DNA of 64,000 nucleotides from an uncultured bacterium (GCA_963704645.1 OY969926.1:320001-384000), one strand, 5' to 3'. Positions 1 to 10,785 are shown, counted from the stretch's first letter. The notes: generated by a model not told the origin, from the letters alone. A program made the numbers and translations.

Positions 1-469
1 AGCTAGAAAGCATCAATCCAAGGCAAGTTATTTCTAAAACTAGACCCAAGAAAGACTTGAAGGTAATATGCAAGGCTAAATTAACCTTATCTTTAGTAAA
101 ATTACTGGTTGGGAAAAATAGCAGGGCAAAAAGTGTTCCAATAAAAACTCCAATTAAAGCACCTAAAAAAGGTATAGGAATAAAAATAGCTCCTAATATT
201 CCGAATACAGTTGGCATCCAGTATTTATTTTTTGGTAATTTCTGGCTAGCCTTCAAAGTTAACAAAAATCCACCAACACTGGCTATTAATGTTAAAAATA
301 TAAACAAAATAAGCCAATACCAATTAAACCAATTGTTAGCTAAATTCAAGAAAATAATTCCTATCAAGGCTAAAATGCTGGCTGAAAAAAACTGATAAAT
401 TAAACTTAGTAGGCTTAAAATAATAAAGCTAGCTCCAAGAATAAGGAATATTGTTTCGGTTGTAATCAT
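1..469 (-). CDS. DUF456/YqgC-like membrane protein (3' end outside window)
   Basis: Manual translation from ATG at 469: MITTETIFLILGAALIILSLLSLIYQFFSASILALIG...GILGAIFIPIPFLGALIGVFIGT; hydrophobic with the G-rich 'PFLGALIG' pattern. Not in the ORF track because it runs off the window. Confidence 0.6.
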   Translation of the reverse strand, partial: MITTETIFLILGASFIILSLLSLIYQFFSASILALIGIIFLNLANNWFNWYWLILFIFLTLIASVGGFLLTLKASQKLPKNKYWMPTVFGILGAIFIPIPFLGALIGVFIGTLFALLFFPTSNFTKDKVNLALHITFKSFLGLVLEITCLGLMLSS

Positions 470-493
470 AAATATAAATTCTTAATATGTTTG

Positions 494-1201
494 TTAATCT
501 GAAGAGCCTCCAACGCCACTATTGTTTGGGTAAAAATATGTACCACCAGGAAAAGCTCTTAAGGCAGCAGCTAGCATCAATTCTTCTGAAATTTTTGAGT
601 TTACGTCTAGTATTTTTACACTCATTACAATGCTTTTGGGTTTTATAATCCTTCTAAATTCTGCCACAACTTTAGAATTACTTTTAACTACATATTTTAT
701 CTGAATTAATTTTGGAAATAAAATTGAAGAAATAATTATTAATAAAAATTCTAGCAAACCAAAAGATATTAATCCTAAAAATACATTCAAATCGTATAGA
801 AAACCAGAAAAATTAATTACTTTGTGCAAGCTTCCTATTTCAGTTTTATTTTCATCTAATATTTTCCAATAGTTATTAAACGATCTAGTACCATTCTGTA
901 AAAAACCAACAAGATTTTGTGTTGAATTAAACACGCTGTAGGTATCTGGGTTTATGTTTTTATTTCTAAATTTTAAAGCAGGATAAATTGATTCTATTTT
1001 TAGAAACTGTATATTTTTTTCTTCATCTGAATAAACATCTTCATATGGGTCTTTTATTAGGCTAAATTTTTTAGCTCCTATGTGTAAATGAGACTCTTTG
1101 TTTTTAGTAACAATGAAACATTTAAAAGGCAAACCCCAGGAATAGCCAAAAAAACTGCGTTTAATAATTTTATAATCACTTTGTAATAAGTTAGACTGCA
1201 T
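494..1201 (-). CDS. Hypothetical membrane-associated protein, possibly LURP-one/scramblase-like
   Basis: 235-aa ORF; beta-rich 'WKILDENKTEIGSL' segments and one hydrophobic stretch. Confidence 0.4.
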   Translation of the reverse strand: MQSNLLQSDYKIIKRSFFGYSWGLPFKCFIVTKNKESHLHIGAKKFSLIKDPYEDVYSDEEKNIQFLKIESIYPALKFRNKNINPDTYSVFNSTQNLVGFLQNGTRSFNNYWKILDENKTEIGSLHKVINFSGFLYDLNVFLGLISFGLLEFLLIIISSILFPKLIQIKYVVKSNSKVVAEFRRIIKPKSIVMSVKILDVNSKISEELMLAAALRAFPGGTYFYPNNSGVGGSSD

Positions 1202-1408
1202 AATAAAAATTAATTTTAAAAATTTGTTTTAGTCTATTGTGCATATAGCTTAGATAATTATAAAATTGACTACCCAGTTTAGCGTCAATCAGAAATAATA
1301 AAAGCTACATTTTCAAAATCCATAAGCTAAAATATTAAGATTTCAAAGATAAACACCCACTTTACAATTCCCTGTTTAGAACTAAACATTAAAATATTAA
1401 AAACATTT

Positions 1409-2293
1409 ATGAATTCTGCTTATTCTGTCCAAAATAAAAATCAACGTAATACTTGGATTTTAATCCTTTTATTTATTGGCTTGGTCTCTGCTTTATTTTA
1501 CTTTTTTGCTTGGTATTATAATTCACCATTTATTGCTGTTCTAGGTTTAATATTTTCTTTGGGTCAGTCTCTTGTGGCTTATTATTACGGAGACTCCATT
1601 GCTTTATCTGTGGCAGGGGCAAAGCAGGTAGATGAAACTGAGGCGGCGCAGTTGCATAATTTGGTAGATAATTTAAGCAAAGTTGCGGGAATACCCAAGC
1701 CAAAAGTTTTTATTTCCCCAGATGAATCTGCTAATGCTTTTGCTTGCGGAAGAGATCCTGAACATGCCAGCGTCTGTGTTAATTTAGGGCTATTGAAAAT
1801 TTTAAATAAAGCAGAGCTGGAGGGTGTTTTAGCTCATGAAATTTCTCATATTAAAAACCGTGATATTTTAATAATGACAGTTACAATGGTACTAGCAAGT
1901 TTAATTAGCTTCTTGGTTGATATTGGCTTTAGATTGAGTTTTTTTGGGGGTAGAGACAAAGATAGAAATAGTAATCCTGTAGTTTTAATTATTTATTTGG
2001 CTTTAATAATTCTAGCTCCTTTTATCTCCATTTTAATTCAAATGGCTGTGTCTAGATCTAGAGAATATTTGGCCGATGCAAGCGCTGTTGTGCTAACTAG
2101 ATATCCAGAAGGATTGGTGTCGGCTTTAAACAAACTTTACGCTTCGCCTGTGCCAACAAATCATTATTCAACAAGTATGAATCACTTTTACATTGCTCCA
2201 CCTAAAAAAAGTTTTGGAGAGAAAGTAAGCCAATTATTTAGCACGCACCCTAAATTAGAAGACAGAATTTCAGCATTGAAAAAAATGGCCTAA
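1409..2293 (+). CDS. htpX: Zinc metalloprotease HtpX (peptidase M48)
   Basis: ANAFACG, ELEGVLAHEISH (HExxH), SRSREYLAD, LFSTHP motifs; TM helices. Confidence 0.93.
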   Translation: MNSAYSVQNKNQRNTWILILLFIGLVSALFYFFAWYYNSPFIAVLGLIFSLGQSLVAYYYGDSIALSVAGAKQVDETEAAQLHNLVDNLSKVAGIPKPKVFISPDESANAFACGRDPEHASVCVNLGLLKILNKAELEGVLAHEISHIKNRDILIMTVTMVLASLISFLVDIGFRLSFFGGRDKDRNSNPVVLIIYLALIILAPFISILIQMAVSRSREYLADASAVVLTRYPEGLVSALNKLYASPVPTNHYSTSMNHFYIAPPKKSFGEKVSQLFSTHPKLEDRISALKKMA

Positions 2294-2746
2294 AAAAGCC
2301 ATTTGGTACTTATATTTATTCAATTAAATTAATGCCTTCTAAAACCTTTTTAATGTATTGCTCAGAACAACCACACTTCTGCAAAAAATTATTCCAGAAA
2401 TTGGAAGGTAGCTTAGAAGCATATATCTCGTTCAGGTGTACTAATTTTTGCTGTACTACAAAACTAGTTAAAATTTGTTCTGCAAAGTGAGATTGCAAGA
2501 CACCTATAAACAAATTATGAACCTCAGCAATTGCATTTACTACTTCCTCAATTAATTCTTTAGAGGGAAATCTGTGAACTAATTCTACAATTATTTACTG
2601 TATAATGTACAATTGTATATTTTTCCAATGTACAAAAAATGGCAAGGCCAAAGGTTTATCTGATAGTTAAATATAATGATAATTTTATTTATACCTAATC
2701 TTATTTGCCTAAATTTAATAATCTACTAATTTATTTCTAATAAACA

Positions 2747-2965
2747 ATGAGGATAGTTATTTTGAGAATTAATACTTGTTCATTAACAGAGCTTCATAAA
2801 TTACTTGAAGATTATTTACCTAAATGTGGCTCGGACATTACTAGATTGGATGTACTAAACTTAATGTCTCAGATTGAAGTGGCAGCTATGACAGATGGAG
2901 GTGTTAGTACAAAAATAAGTATCTCCGAGAGAATTAATGATTTAAATATTCCATTTCCAATTTAG
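2747..2965 (+). CDS. Small hypothetical protein
   Basis: 72-aa ORF with ATG after an AT-rich leader, followed by hairpin CCCACTT...AGGTGGG and a T tract near 2993-3022. Confidence 0.5.
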   Translation: MRIVILRINTCSLTELHKLLEDYLPKCGSDITRLDVLNLMSQIEVAAMTDGGVSTKISISERINDLNIPFPI

Positions 2966-3033
2966 TAGAAACTGTATGTTTAACAGTTAACCCCCACTTT
3001 TATAATAGGTGGGTTTATTTTTACACAAAATTC

Positions 3034-4473
3034 CTAAAAACTTTCGTCGTTAATTTTCTTTATATTTACTTTTTTTGAAAGCATTTCTCTAAATTCCGTC
3101 ATAGCTGTGTAGGTTGCAAGAACTGTGTGCTCAGTAATATTGGTTTCTGATTTATCTTTCAAAATTATATTCTTTAATAGCTGTTCTATACTTTCAAAAT
3201 TATTTTCTAATTCTAGTTTTTGCCCTGCATAATCAAGTCTTAATAACATATCTAAACCTCGGGTTCCGCCAGTTATTAAGTTATATTTATTACTAGTTCT
3301 TAAGAAAAAATCTTCAAAATTAATATCCCAAAGCCAAGAAACATCTTTTCCATCTGCAATTTTATCATTAACTAAAAAGACTAAATTTTCCACTTCTGTT
3401 TTGGAAGCTATGGAATTTAAAACAAGGTTGAAACTAGCTGGGTTTTTCACCAAAATAATTTTGAATTTTGAATTTTCAACAACAATTTCTTCACCTCTTC
3501 CAAAAACTTCTGTTTGAAATAATAAAGAGTTTTTGATTACCTCTAAATTTATATTTCTAGCTGTAATAATGGCTGCAATGCAGTTGTATAAATTATAATT
3601 TCCTTCCAAGTTTGTGTTGAAAGTTGAATGCTCAAAAACATGAGTTTCATTGCTTTTTTTTCTGGTTATTTTGAAGTAATTTTTGCCTGCTTCAGAAGCA
3701 TTATTATTGGTTTGAATTAATTTAAAAATTGGTTCAATTTGCCACAAATTTGTGTCGTATTTTTTTGGCCACAAAGCCTCCTGTTCAAATTTAGGTTTTT
3801 GTTTTTCTGGTAAATTTAAAGCAAAACCTGAAACCTGAAACTTCAAATTATGTTCTTCTTTGTAATTAATAATTGATGTAAGTTTTCCGTCATCGGCGTT
3901 TAAAATTACTTCCAATTTTTCTGAATCTAAAATTTCTAAAGACTGCTGAAAATATTGCAAAGTTTTATCAATCTCGCCATACAAATCTAATTGATCTCTA
4001 AACAAATTAGTTAGAATCAGTTTATCAGCTTTCAAATACGGGCTCATTTTAGGTAAAGTTGCCTCTTCAATTTCCAAAATTAAGATATCCGATTTGGTTT
4101 TACCAGTCCAAGTTTTATCTAGCAGTAAAGCTGTGGTAATTCCTCTGTATATGTTCGCTCCACCTAAGTTTGTACATACTTTATGGCCGGCTTGCTTGTA
4201 TATATTGGCTAAAATAGAGCGGGTTGTAGTTTTGCCATTTGTTCCAGTTATAAGAATAACTTGTTCATAACCTGTGGATAAACCCGAAATTAAATTGGGA
4301 AAATACAGTTCAACCAATAAACCTGGCAAGCTTGTGGCATTACCTTTTTTAAGAATTTTTAAAACGAATTTTATTATTTTAGCTTGTAAAATAAATATCA
4401 AAATTAATACTGTCTTCACTTGGTAAGTGATCATAATGTTTAGTATTCTTGACAAGGCTTCCCCAATGGTCAT
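3034..4473 (-). CDS. murT: MurT-like lipid II isoglutaminyl synthase ligase subunit (Mur ligase + DUF1727)
   Basis: TSLPG, ITGTNGKTTT P-loop, TNLFRDQLDLYGE, LVKNP, ADGKDVSWLWD. Confidence 0.85.
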   Translation of the reverse strand: MTIGEALSRILNIMITYQVKTVLILIFILQAKIIKFVLKILKKGNATSLPGLLVELYFPNLISGLSTGYEQVILITGTNGKTTTRSILANIYKQAGHKVCTNLGGANIYRGITTALLLDKTWTGKTKSDILILEIEEATLPKMSPYLKADKLILTNLFRDQLDLYGEIDKTLQYFQQSLEILDSEKLEVILNADDGKLTSIINYKEEHNLKFQVSGFALNLPEKQKPKFEQEALWPKKYDTNLWQIEPIFKLIQTNNNASEAGKNYFKITRKKSNETHVFEHSTFNTNLEGNYNLYNCIAAIITARNINLEVIKNSLLFQTEVFGRGEEIVVENSKFKIILVKNPASFNLVLNSIASKTEVENLVFLVNDKIADGKDVSWLWDINFEDFFLRTSNKYNLITGGTRGLDMLLRLDYAGQKLELENNFESIEQLLKNIILKDKSETNITEHTVLATYTAMTEFREMLSKKVNIKKINDESF

Positions 4474-4523
4474 TAGTTGTACATAAAATTAATCAATAAT
4501 TAAAATCAATTTTAAAACCATAT

Positions 4524-4895
4524 ATGGCCATTACACGTCAAAAAACAGATTCATTGGTTGGGGTAAACTTGGCCGCAGCTGCTAAAGATATAGAGTCTAA
4601 CAACATTGACCCTAAGAAAAATACCGAAGGTATGGGTGGAAATACTGTTAAAAAGCCTAATTTTTTCCAAACTACACTAGAAGAGTTAAAAATGGTTAAA
4701 TGGCCAACTTGGAAATATGTATATAAATGGGCTAGCATCATTTTGTTATTTACTTTGGTAATGTCTGTTTCTTTGGGCGCTTTTGATAAGCTTTTCACTA
4801 CAGGTGTTAAATTTGTAGATTGCACTTCGGTTGTTGGTAAAAAGCAAAGTATTGGTGAGTGTGGAACAGAATTTTGGACCAACTTAATAAATTAA
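4524..4895 (+). CDS. secE: Preprotein translocase subunit SecE
   Basis: EELKMVKWPT motif followed by a TM helix; directly upstream of nusG. Confidence 0.88.
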   Translation: MAITRQKTDSLVGVNLAAAAKDIESNNIDPKKNTEGMGGNTVKKPNFFQTTLEELKMVKWPTWKYVYKWASIILLFTLVMSVSLGAFDKLFTTGVKFVDCTSVVGKKQSIGECGTEFWTNLIN

Positions 4896-4905
4896 TACAA
4901 AGTAT

Positions 4906-5490
4906 ATGGCTATAAAAAAAGAAAGTAACGAAGAATTAAAATTAGATTTAACCCCACGCTGGTATATATTGCAAACCTACGTTGGTTTTGAAGATGCAGT
5001 GCGTAGAACTATTGAAGCTAAAATTGAGAACAGTAATTTAGGAGATAAGCTTTTAGAATTATTTATTCCTTTAAAGAAAATTGTTAAATTAAATAAAAAA
5101 GGTGAAAGAACCGAGAAAACCGAGAAAATTTACCCTGGTTATATTTACCTAAAAATGATTTTAGACAAGGAAATTGCTTACCTAATTCAGAACACCCAAT
5201 ATGTTTCAAGAATTGCTGGAACAGGAGATTTTGCTGTAGCTTTAGAAGAAGGTTACGTTGAAAGACTAAAAGAAAAACTAGCTAAAGAAGACGAAAATGC
5301 TGGTGTTACAACTTCTGTTAATTACAAAATTGGCGAAACTGTACGTGTAGCAGACGGACCTTTCAAAGACATGCAAGGTAAAATTGGTTCTATAGACACA
5401 GAAAGCTCTAGGGTTAATGTTCTTCTAACTATTTTTGATAGAGAAACTAATGTAGAGTTGGATATTCTTGAAATTCAGAAGATTGTTTAG
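4906..5490 (+). CDS. nusG: Transcription termination/antitermination factor NusG
   Basis: WYILQTYVGFE, YPGYI, KOW motif VRVADGPF, IFDRET. Confidence 0.95.
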   Translation: MAIKKESNEELKLDLTPRWYILQTYVGFEDAVRRTIEAKIENSNLGDKLLELFIPLKKIVKLNKKGERTEKTEKIYPGYIYLKMILDKEIAYLIQNTQYVSRIAGTGDFAVALEEGYVERLKEKLAKEDENAGVTTSVNYKIGETVRVADGPFKDMQGKIGSIDTESSRVNVLLTIFDRETNVELDILEIQKIV

Positions 5491-5760
5491 GGTTTAAATA
5501 CTCTTTTATTTTGTTCAGAAATAACATGGGCTTAATATTTCTAGGTGTTTGTATTTTACTACCTTTTTGATTAACTTTAGGTAAATTTTAGAGTTTTAAA
5601 TTCTGTTTGCTTTAAGAATTTTCATTTTTGAAAGATTATTTTTAATGTACACATATACTCAAGTTATTGTATTGTATAAATATAACTTAACATAAGTTAA
5701 AATTCTAGCCTTGACACCTTCCATAACAATAAACATGTTCAGCTTAGTAAATATTAAGAT

Positions 5761-6675
5761 ATGAATTCAACTAAAAATGCTTCTGTGGAAGTAACTAAAA
5801 TTAAAGCAAGTGTTGGTGTAATTATTCAAGACGCTGACAACAAAATTTTATTAGGCAAAAGACAAAATGTTATTGGTGCAAATACTTGGGGTCTTCCAGG
5901 TGGCCATATTAAAATTGGGGAAAGTATTTTTGAATGTGCAAAGCGTGAAGTTTTTGATGAAGTAGGAATTGATTTGATTAATTTTGAATTGGTCGAAGTT
6001 TCTGAAATGGTGAATACAGGTGCAGATTTTCAATTGGTAGAAATTGGATATAAAAGTAAAAAATGGGAAGGAATTGTAGAGCTTAAAGAACACAAATATT
6101 GTAGCGAATGGGGATTTTTTCCATTAGATAAACTGCCAGGAGAAATTTTTGCTCCTCATAAAGCTATTGTAGAAAAAGTTGCTAAGCAACATATGAATAT
6201 AGATGAAGAAATTGAAAATAACCCAAGTTTATTCGATTTTATTCATCCTCATTTTAAAGTTGCCGTTCAAACCTTCGTAGTTAACAAAGCTGGTCAATTA
6301 CTAATGGGTCTACGTTGTGATCCTGAAAATAAGGGCTATTGGGCAGTTCCAGGAGGACATTTAGACGTAGGAGATACTTTAGAAGAATGTGCATTGCGTG
6401 AACTTCGTGAAGAAACTGGAATTAAGGCTTTCCAAGCTTTACAGTTTGCCTATGTAGAACAGCCAATTAATATTTCCAATATGCATTATTTCCATTTTGG
6501 ATATTTGGTAAATGAATTTGATGAAAGCCAAACTTTAATTAACGGTGAACCAGAAGATATTGAAAGATGGGAATGGTTTGATTTGAACCAAATTCCACCT
6601 AAAATTGCTGGCTACCAACGTGAAGTTATAATTAAGTTCTTAAAATTCAACAAAGTTAACTTTGGAAAGAAATAA
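5761..6675 (+). CDS. Tandem two-domain NUDIX hydrolase
   Basis: Two Nudix boxes: GGHIKIGESIFECAKREVFDEVG and GGHLDVGDTLEECALRELREETG. Confidence 0.88.
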   Translation: MNSTKNASVEVTKIKASVGVIIQDADNKILLGKRQNVIGANTWGLPGGHIKIGESIFECAKREVFDEVGIDLINFELVEVSEMVNTGADFQLVEIGYKSKKWEGIVELKEHKYCSEWGFFPLDKLPGEIFAPHKAIVEKVAKQHMNIDEEIENNPSLFDFIHPHFKVAVQTFVVNKAGQLLMGLRCDPENKGYWAVPGGHLDVGDTLEECALRELREETGIKAFQALQFAYVEQPINISNMHYFHFGYLVNEFDESQTLINGEPEDIERWEWFDLNQIPPKIAGYQREVIIKFLKFNKVNFGKK

Positions 6676-6727
6676 GATTGCAGACCGTGGTTTGACATCT
6701 GTGCTATGCTAAAATAGCTTTGAAATA

Positions 6728-8296
6728 ATGTTCGATAAGCACAGTCATTCAGGTACTCATAGGCATAACCATCAAGATGTTTTGGAAGAAAATGTGGAAT
6801 TTAAATCTTCTAGCACCTTAAATCATTTGTTAGAGAAGGAAGATCATTTTGTTTTACCTGGTCCAACATTGAAACCAAGATTAAACATTCAGCCAATTCA
6901 CCCTAAAACCGATCTTTTTTTAGACGAAGCTAAGAAACAAAAAAAGAGTAGTTTGTGGTTTAAAATAAGTTTGTTTGGCCTTGCTTTGGCTACAATTTTT
7001 GTAGTTTTTGCTGGACTTAATTTGTATGCTCAAACTAAAAGTGTAGATCAAAATAAAAATATTGAGAATTGTACTAATGCAGCCAGTGTTGCTAAGAATA
7101 AAGGCATTCAAATTGATGTTTCTCAGTGTAAAACTGCCACGGGCTGGAATAATTTGTTTGGCCAAGATTTATCATCTGCAGCCTATTTTAAAACCAAAGA
7201 TGAAATAGCAGTTCAGCAAAATAAGCTGGAAGATAGCATTAGTTCAGTAAACAATAGAATTGCTGTATTGAAAGTTCAATTAACCAGCCTTAAAGTATCG
7301 TTTGATGAAATTCCTGCAGCTGTAAAAGATGATAATTTGGTTGTTTATTCTACCTCTTTGCAAAGTCAAGAAACTGGGCTTCAAAACCTGCTTGATAAAA
7401 ATTTACCTAAAATACAATCTTCTCTGGAAGAGGCTAAGGGTTATTTAACTAAATTGCCAAGTGTTTCTACTGAAGATAAAAATTTTATTAATACCTTTTC
7501 TACTTTAAATGCAGATAAGCAAGTTGAAAATTATATTAAATTAGAGGAATTAACAGCTAAATTAAAGTTGGCTTTAGAAAGCATGAGCGCCAAGAGTACC
7601 TATCCTATTGTGGGAAGTATTACAGACTATAAGTTTTTTACACCCAAAAATTTCCAAGATTTATATGAATCTGTAGTCTACACTAATGTTCAAGAAGCTC
7701 AACCAATTGTTAATATTACTGGTAACGAAACGGCGGATAATTATATTCGTGGAATTGCTGAAAGAAGAGGCTATAAAAAAAGAGTGCAAGCTATTACTGC
7801 CAATTTAGTTAACGTAGACGGCTATAAACTGCAATCAAAAGCGGCTACAGATTGGAAGGCTATGAAAGCTGCAGCACTTAAAGACAAAGTATATTTGGGC
7901 TTAGTTTCTGGTTTTCGTGGTTACGACGATCAGCGAAGTATTTTTATTCCAAGTTTAAGGGACGAGGCAAATAAACAACTAAGTAGAGACTTTACTTCAT
8001 CTGACATTACATCTGGTAGTTTAGATGGAGCTATAAATGCTGTTTTAAACACTAGTTCTATTCCAGGTTATTCAAAGCACCATACTGGCTACACAGTAGA
8101 TTTTACAGACACAGCTTCGGGTAAGTTTTTTACTAAATTTGAAGAAACGGCGGGGCATGTTTGGCTTAGCGAAAACAATTTTTACAATGCTAAACGTTTT
8201 GGTTTCATTCCAAGTTACCCCAAGGGTGGAACAAATTTTGGTCCAAATTACGAAAGTTGGGAATATGTTTGGGTTGGAAGTGAGGTTTTAAAATAA
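6728..8296 (+). CDS. Membrane-anchored VanY/M15B D,D-carboxypeptidase-like protein with long coiled-coil stalk
   Basis: TM helix at about aa 77-100; C-terminal VSGFRGYDDQ, PGYSKHHTGYTVD, YESWEYVWVG. Confidence 0.8.
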   Translation: MFDKHSHSGTHRHNHQDVLEENVEFKSSSTLNHLLEKEDHFVLPGPTLKPRLNIQPIHPKTDLFLDEAKKQKKSSLWFKISLFGLALATIFVVFAGLNLYAQTKSVDQNKNIENCTNAASVAKNKGIQIDVSQCKTATGWNNLFGQDLSSAAYFKTKDEIAVQQNKLEDSISSVNNRIAVLKVQLTSLKVSFDEIPAAVKDDNLVVYSTSLQSQETGLQNLLDKNLPKIQSSLEEAKGYLTKLPSVSTEDKNFINTFSTLNADKQVENYIKLEELTAKLKLALESMSAKSTYPIVGSITDYKFFTPKNFQDLYESVVYTNVQEAQPIVNITGNETADNYIRGIAERRGYKKRVQAITANLVNVDGYKLQSKAATDWKAMKAAALKDKVYLGLVSGFRGYDDQRSIFIPSLRDEANKQLSRDFTSSDITSGSLDGAINAVLNTSSIPGYSKHHTGYTVDFTDTASGKFFTKFEETAGHVWLSENNFYNAKRFGFIPSYPKGGTNFGPNYESWEYVWVGSEVLK

Positions 8297-8314
8297 AATA
8301 ATTACACTAATATT

Positions 8315-8863
8315 ATGGAAGACGCTTATTGGGAATTACCTCCAGAATTTAAGGCTTACGAAGCTTTAGGTGCTTTGGCTGACGGGCGAATTGAGTTGGT
8401 ACAGCAACAGTCAGTATTTCCAGACAAAACTAATAATGAAATTGCCCAAGAAAATTTTACTAATCATTTGCACATTATTGAAGCAAGGCAACATTCTTCT
8501 ACCAAAAATAAGTTTTATACTATAAAATATAGTCCAGAAACATCACAAATAATGGCTAATGATAATGCCACTTGGTTTGTAGGATATTTGGGTTACCCAG
8601 CTTTAACTCTTTTATTGTTTATAGACAAAATAAAGTTTAAAAAAGAAATTGTTAGTTTTTTTAAGAATATTCCTTTTAAAGAAATAAATCAGAAGAATAA
8701 AAATAGTTTTACTAAAACACAATTAGAAATTGATAAAATTTTGCTAGAAAGAGGCTTAGATTTAGAACTTTTGAAACAAGAAATAAAACAAATCTTCCAG
8801 CAATTTGCTGCCTTAGCTTTAAAACCTCTTGGAAAAAAAGTTAGACCTCCTAAAGGTTTTTAG
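8315..8863 (+). CDS. Hypothetical protein
   Basis: 182-aa ORF in tandem with the upstream gene; PPEFKAYEALGALADGR and YLGYP look like conserved-family motifs. Confidence 0.65.
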   Translation: MEDAYWELPPEFKAYEALGALADGRIELVQQQSVFPDKTNNEIAQENFTNHLHIIEARQHSSTKNKFYTIKYSPETSQIMANDNATWFVGYLGYPALTLLLFIDKIKFKKEIVSFFKNIPFKEINQKNKNSFTKTQLEIDKILLERGLDLELLKQEIKQIFQQFAALALKPLGKKVRPPKGF

Positions 8864-8914
8864 TTTACTGCTAAGATCTTAGAATGGACGTATGTCCTAT
8901 CCAACTATAAGCTT

Positions 8915-9697
8915 TTAGCTGTTTCTTTTACCAGATTCTATAAGTTTTAAAGCGTCATCAAAATTCATGGCCGGGGTAATTTTACCGTTGTTAATGAACA
9001 AAATTTGATCTGCATCTTTAATGGTGTTTAAACGGTGAGCAATAATTACTTTGGTTGTGCTAGCAGGTAATCTGTCTATAATTTTATTCAGCCAAAGTTC
9101 GGTTACAGTATCAATATTGGCGGTAGCTTCGTCCATAATTAACAAACTAGGTCTACGTAGCAAAATTCTGGTGAAAGCTACTAGTTGTTTCTGACCTAAA
9201 CTAATATTCTCAGAGTTATTATTTACAATTGTTTCTAGTCCATCTGGAAATCGGGTTAAAATTTCGTTAAGTTCTAATTCTTCAAGTTTGTTCTTTAGGT
9301 TTTGCATGGCATTTTCTGCTGCATCTTCAAGTTCTGGGTTGCCATAAATTAAATTTTCGCCAATTGTACCTGTGAACAAAAAAGGTTCTTGCAGAATATA
9401 GCCAATTTGCTGCGATAATTCGCTTGGCTTAAAAGATCTAATATCTTGGTTTTGAAACTCTACAACGCCTTCTACGGGGTCAAATAAGCGTACCATTAGT
9501 CCAGCTGTTGTTGTTTTGCCTCCACCGGTTGGACCTACCAAAGCATAAGTTCTGCCACGCATTAATTGAAGGCAGACCTGCTTTATAATTAATTGGTCAG
9601 GGTTGTAACCAAAGCTGACGTTTTTAAACTGTAAAATTTCTGTGTCTGCATTTAGATTTATGTTGGAAGTGGAATTGATTGAATTCATATTATTCAT
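8915..9697 (-). CDS. ABC exporter ATP-binding domain (stand-alone)
   Basis: GPTGGGKTT, ISLGQKQ, LLIMDEAT, IAHRL. Confidence 0.9.
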   Translation of the reverse strand: MNNMNSINSTSNINLNADTEILQFKNVSFGYNPDQLIIKQVCLQLMRGRTYALVGPTGGGKTTTAGLMVRLFDPVEGVVEFQNQDIRSFKPSELSQQIGYILQEPFLFTGTIGENLIYGNPELEDAAENAMQNLKNKLEELELNEILTRFPDGLETIVNNNSENISLGQKQLVAFTRILLRRPSLLIMDEATANIDTVTELWLNKIIDRLPASTTKVIIAHRLNTIKDADQILFINNGKITPAMNFDDALKLIESGKRNS

Positions 9698-9709
9698 AAA
9701 ATTATATGC

Positions 9710-10762
9710 TTATTTTTCTAAAATAACTAAATTAGATTCTAGATTTAAAATTACTCTAACCCTTTCCCAGGCGCCTAAAGAGCTTTGGATACTCCCCCAA
9801 ATTGAACCTAAAATTCTTAACGGACTGTATAAACTATTTGTGTAAGCCACAAATCCAACCAGTAAACCAATTTCAATTTCACCTTTTTGGTATAAATAGA
9901 AACCAAAAGTAATTACAGCTATTAAAGCTAGGGTTCCAAAAATATCGTAAATAGGGCGGAAAATATTATTTAAAAAATCAGCTTTCTGGCCAGACTTTTG
10001 TAGCTCTTCAATTTTCTTTGTAATTTTATCTTGGAAATAATTCCTTCTATCAAAAGCCACAATAACTCTGAAATTATCTAAATCGCCTTGAATTTCTGCT
10101 GCCAAATCTCCAAGTTTAGCCTGATTTCTCTTATTGTAATTTTCTACAAAAGGAGATATTATTTGAGTTAAAATTATTATTGGAATTAGAAAAGCCAAAG
10201 TAACCAAAGCCAATTGTAAATTTAGAAATAATATAAAAATGGCCACACCAAGAACACTAGAGAAGTTTCCTAAGAATCTTAAAATACTTTCAGATAACAA
10301 TTGATTTAATTTGTCGGCGTCATTGTTAATTCTGCTGGTTAAATCTCCACTTTGATTTTGATTAAAAAAGGCTAAAGGTAGTTCTTGTATTTTGTTAAAT
10401 AAGGTTGTTCTTAAATTGTACAAAGTGTTTTGTGCAACACTTCCCATAATTCTTGTTTGAGAATAACTGGAAATAATTGATCCAATATAAATTATTGCTA
10501 ATAAACCAGTGTATTGTAGAAGCAGCGCTGTATCTCCATTTTTTATTGGCTCATCAATAGCTTTTGCAATTAGGAAAGGGCCTAAAATATTAGCTAAAGC
10601 CCCAACCCCAATTAAGAGTAAAGCTATAATTAACCCAAATCTTTCAGGTTTTAAAAATTGCCAAAACTCTTTCCAGTTTGTAAATAAGCGTTCTAAATTG
10701 GAACCATTTTTTTCTCTATCTTGATTCGTACCTTGATCTTGGTTTGATAAATTATAATTCAT
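9710..10762 (-). CDS. ABC exporter transmembrane domain (stand-alone)
   Basis: 6-TM pattern; LPLAFFNQNQSGDLTSRINND. Confidence 0.88.
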   Translation of the reverse strand: MNYNLSNQDQGTNQDREKNGSNLERLFTNWKEFWQFLKPERFGLIIALLLIGVGALANILGPFLIAKAIDEPIKNGDTALLLQYTGLLAIIYIGSIISSYSQTRIMGSVAQNTLYNLRTTLFNKIQELPLAFFNQNQSGDLTSRINNDADKLNQLLSESILRFLGNFSSVLGVAIFILFLNLQLALVTLAFLIPIIILTQIISPFVENYNKRNQAKLGDLAAEIQGDLDNFRVIVAFDRRNYFQDKITKKIEELQKSGQKADFLNNIFRPIYDIFGTLALIAVITFGFYLYQKGEIEIGLLVGFVAYTNSLYSPLRILGSIWGSIQSSLGAWERVRVILNLESNLVILEK

Positions 10763-10785
10763 ATTATTTTTTTAATGTTTTAATA

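Noticed and set aside
57-395. Antisense ORFs in the track (e.g. 57-395, 4538-4882, 30336-30881, 55010-55237)
   Set aside because: They are shadows of well-supported genes or of the transposase on the opposite strand.
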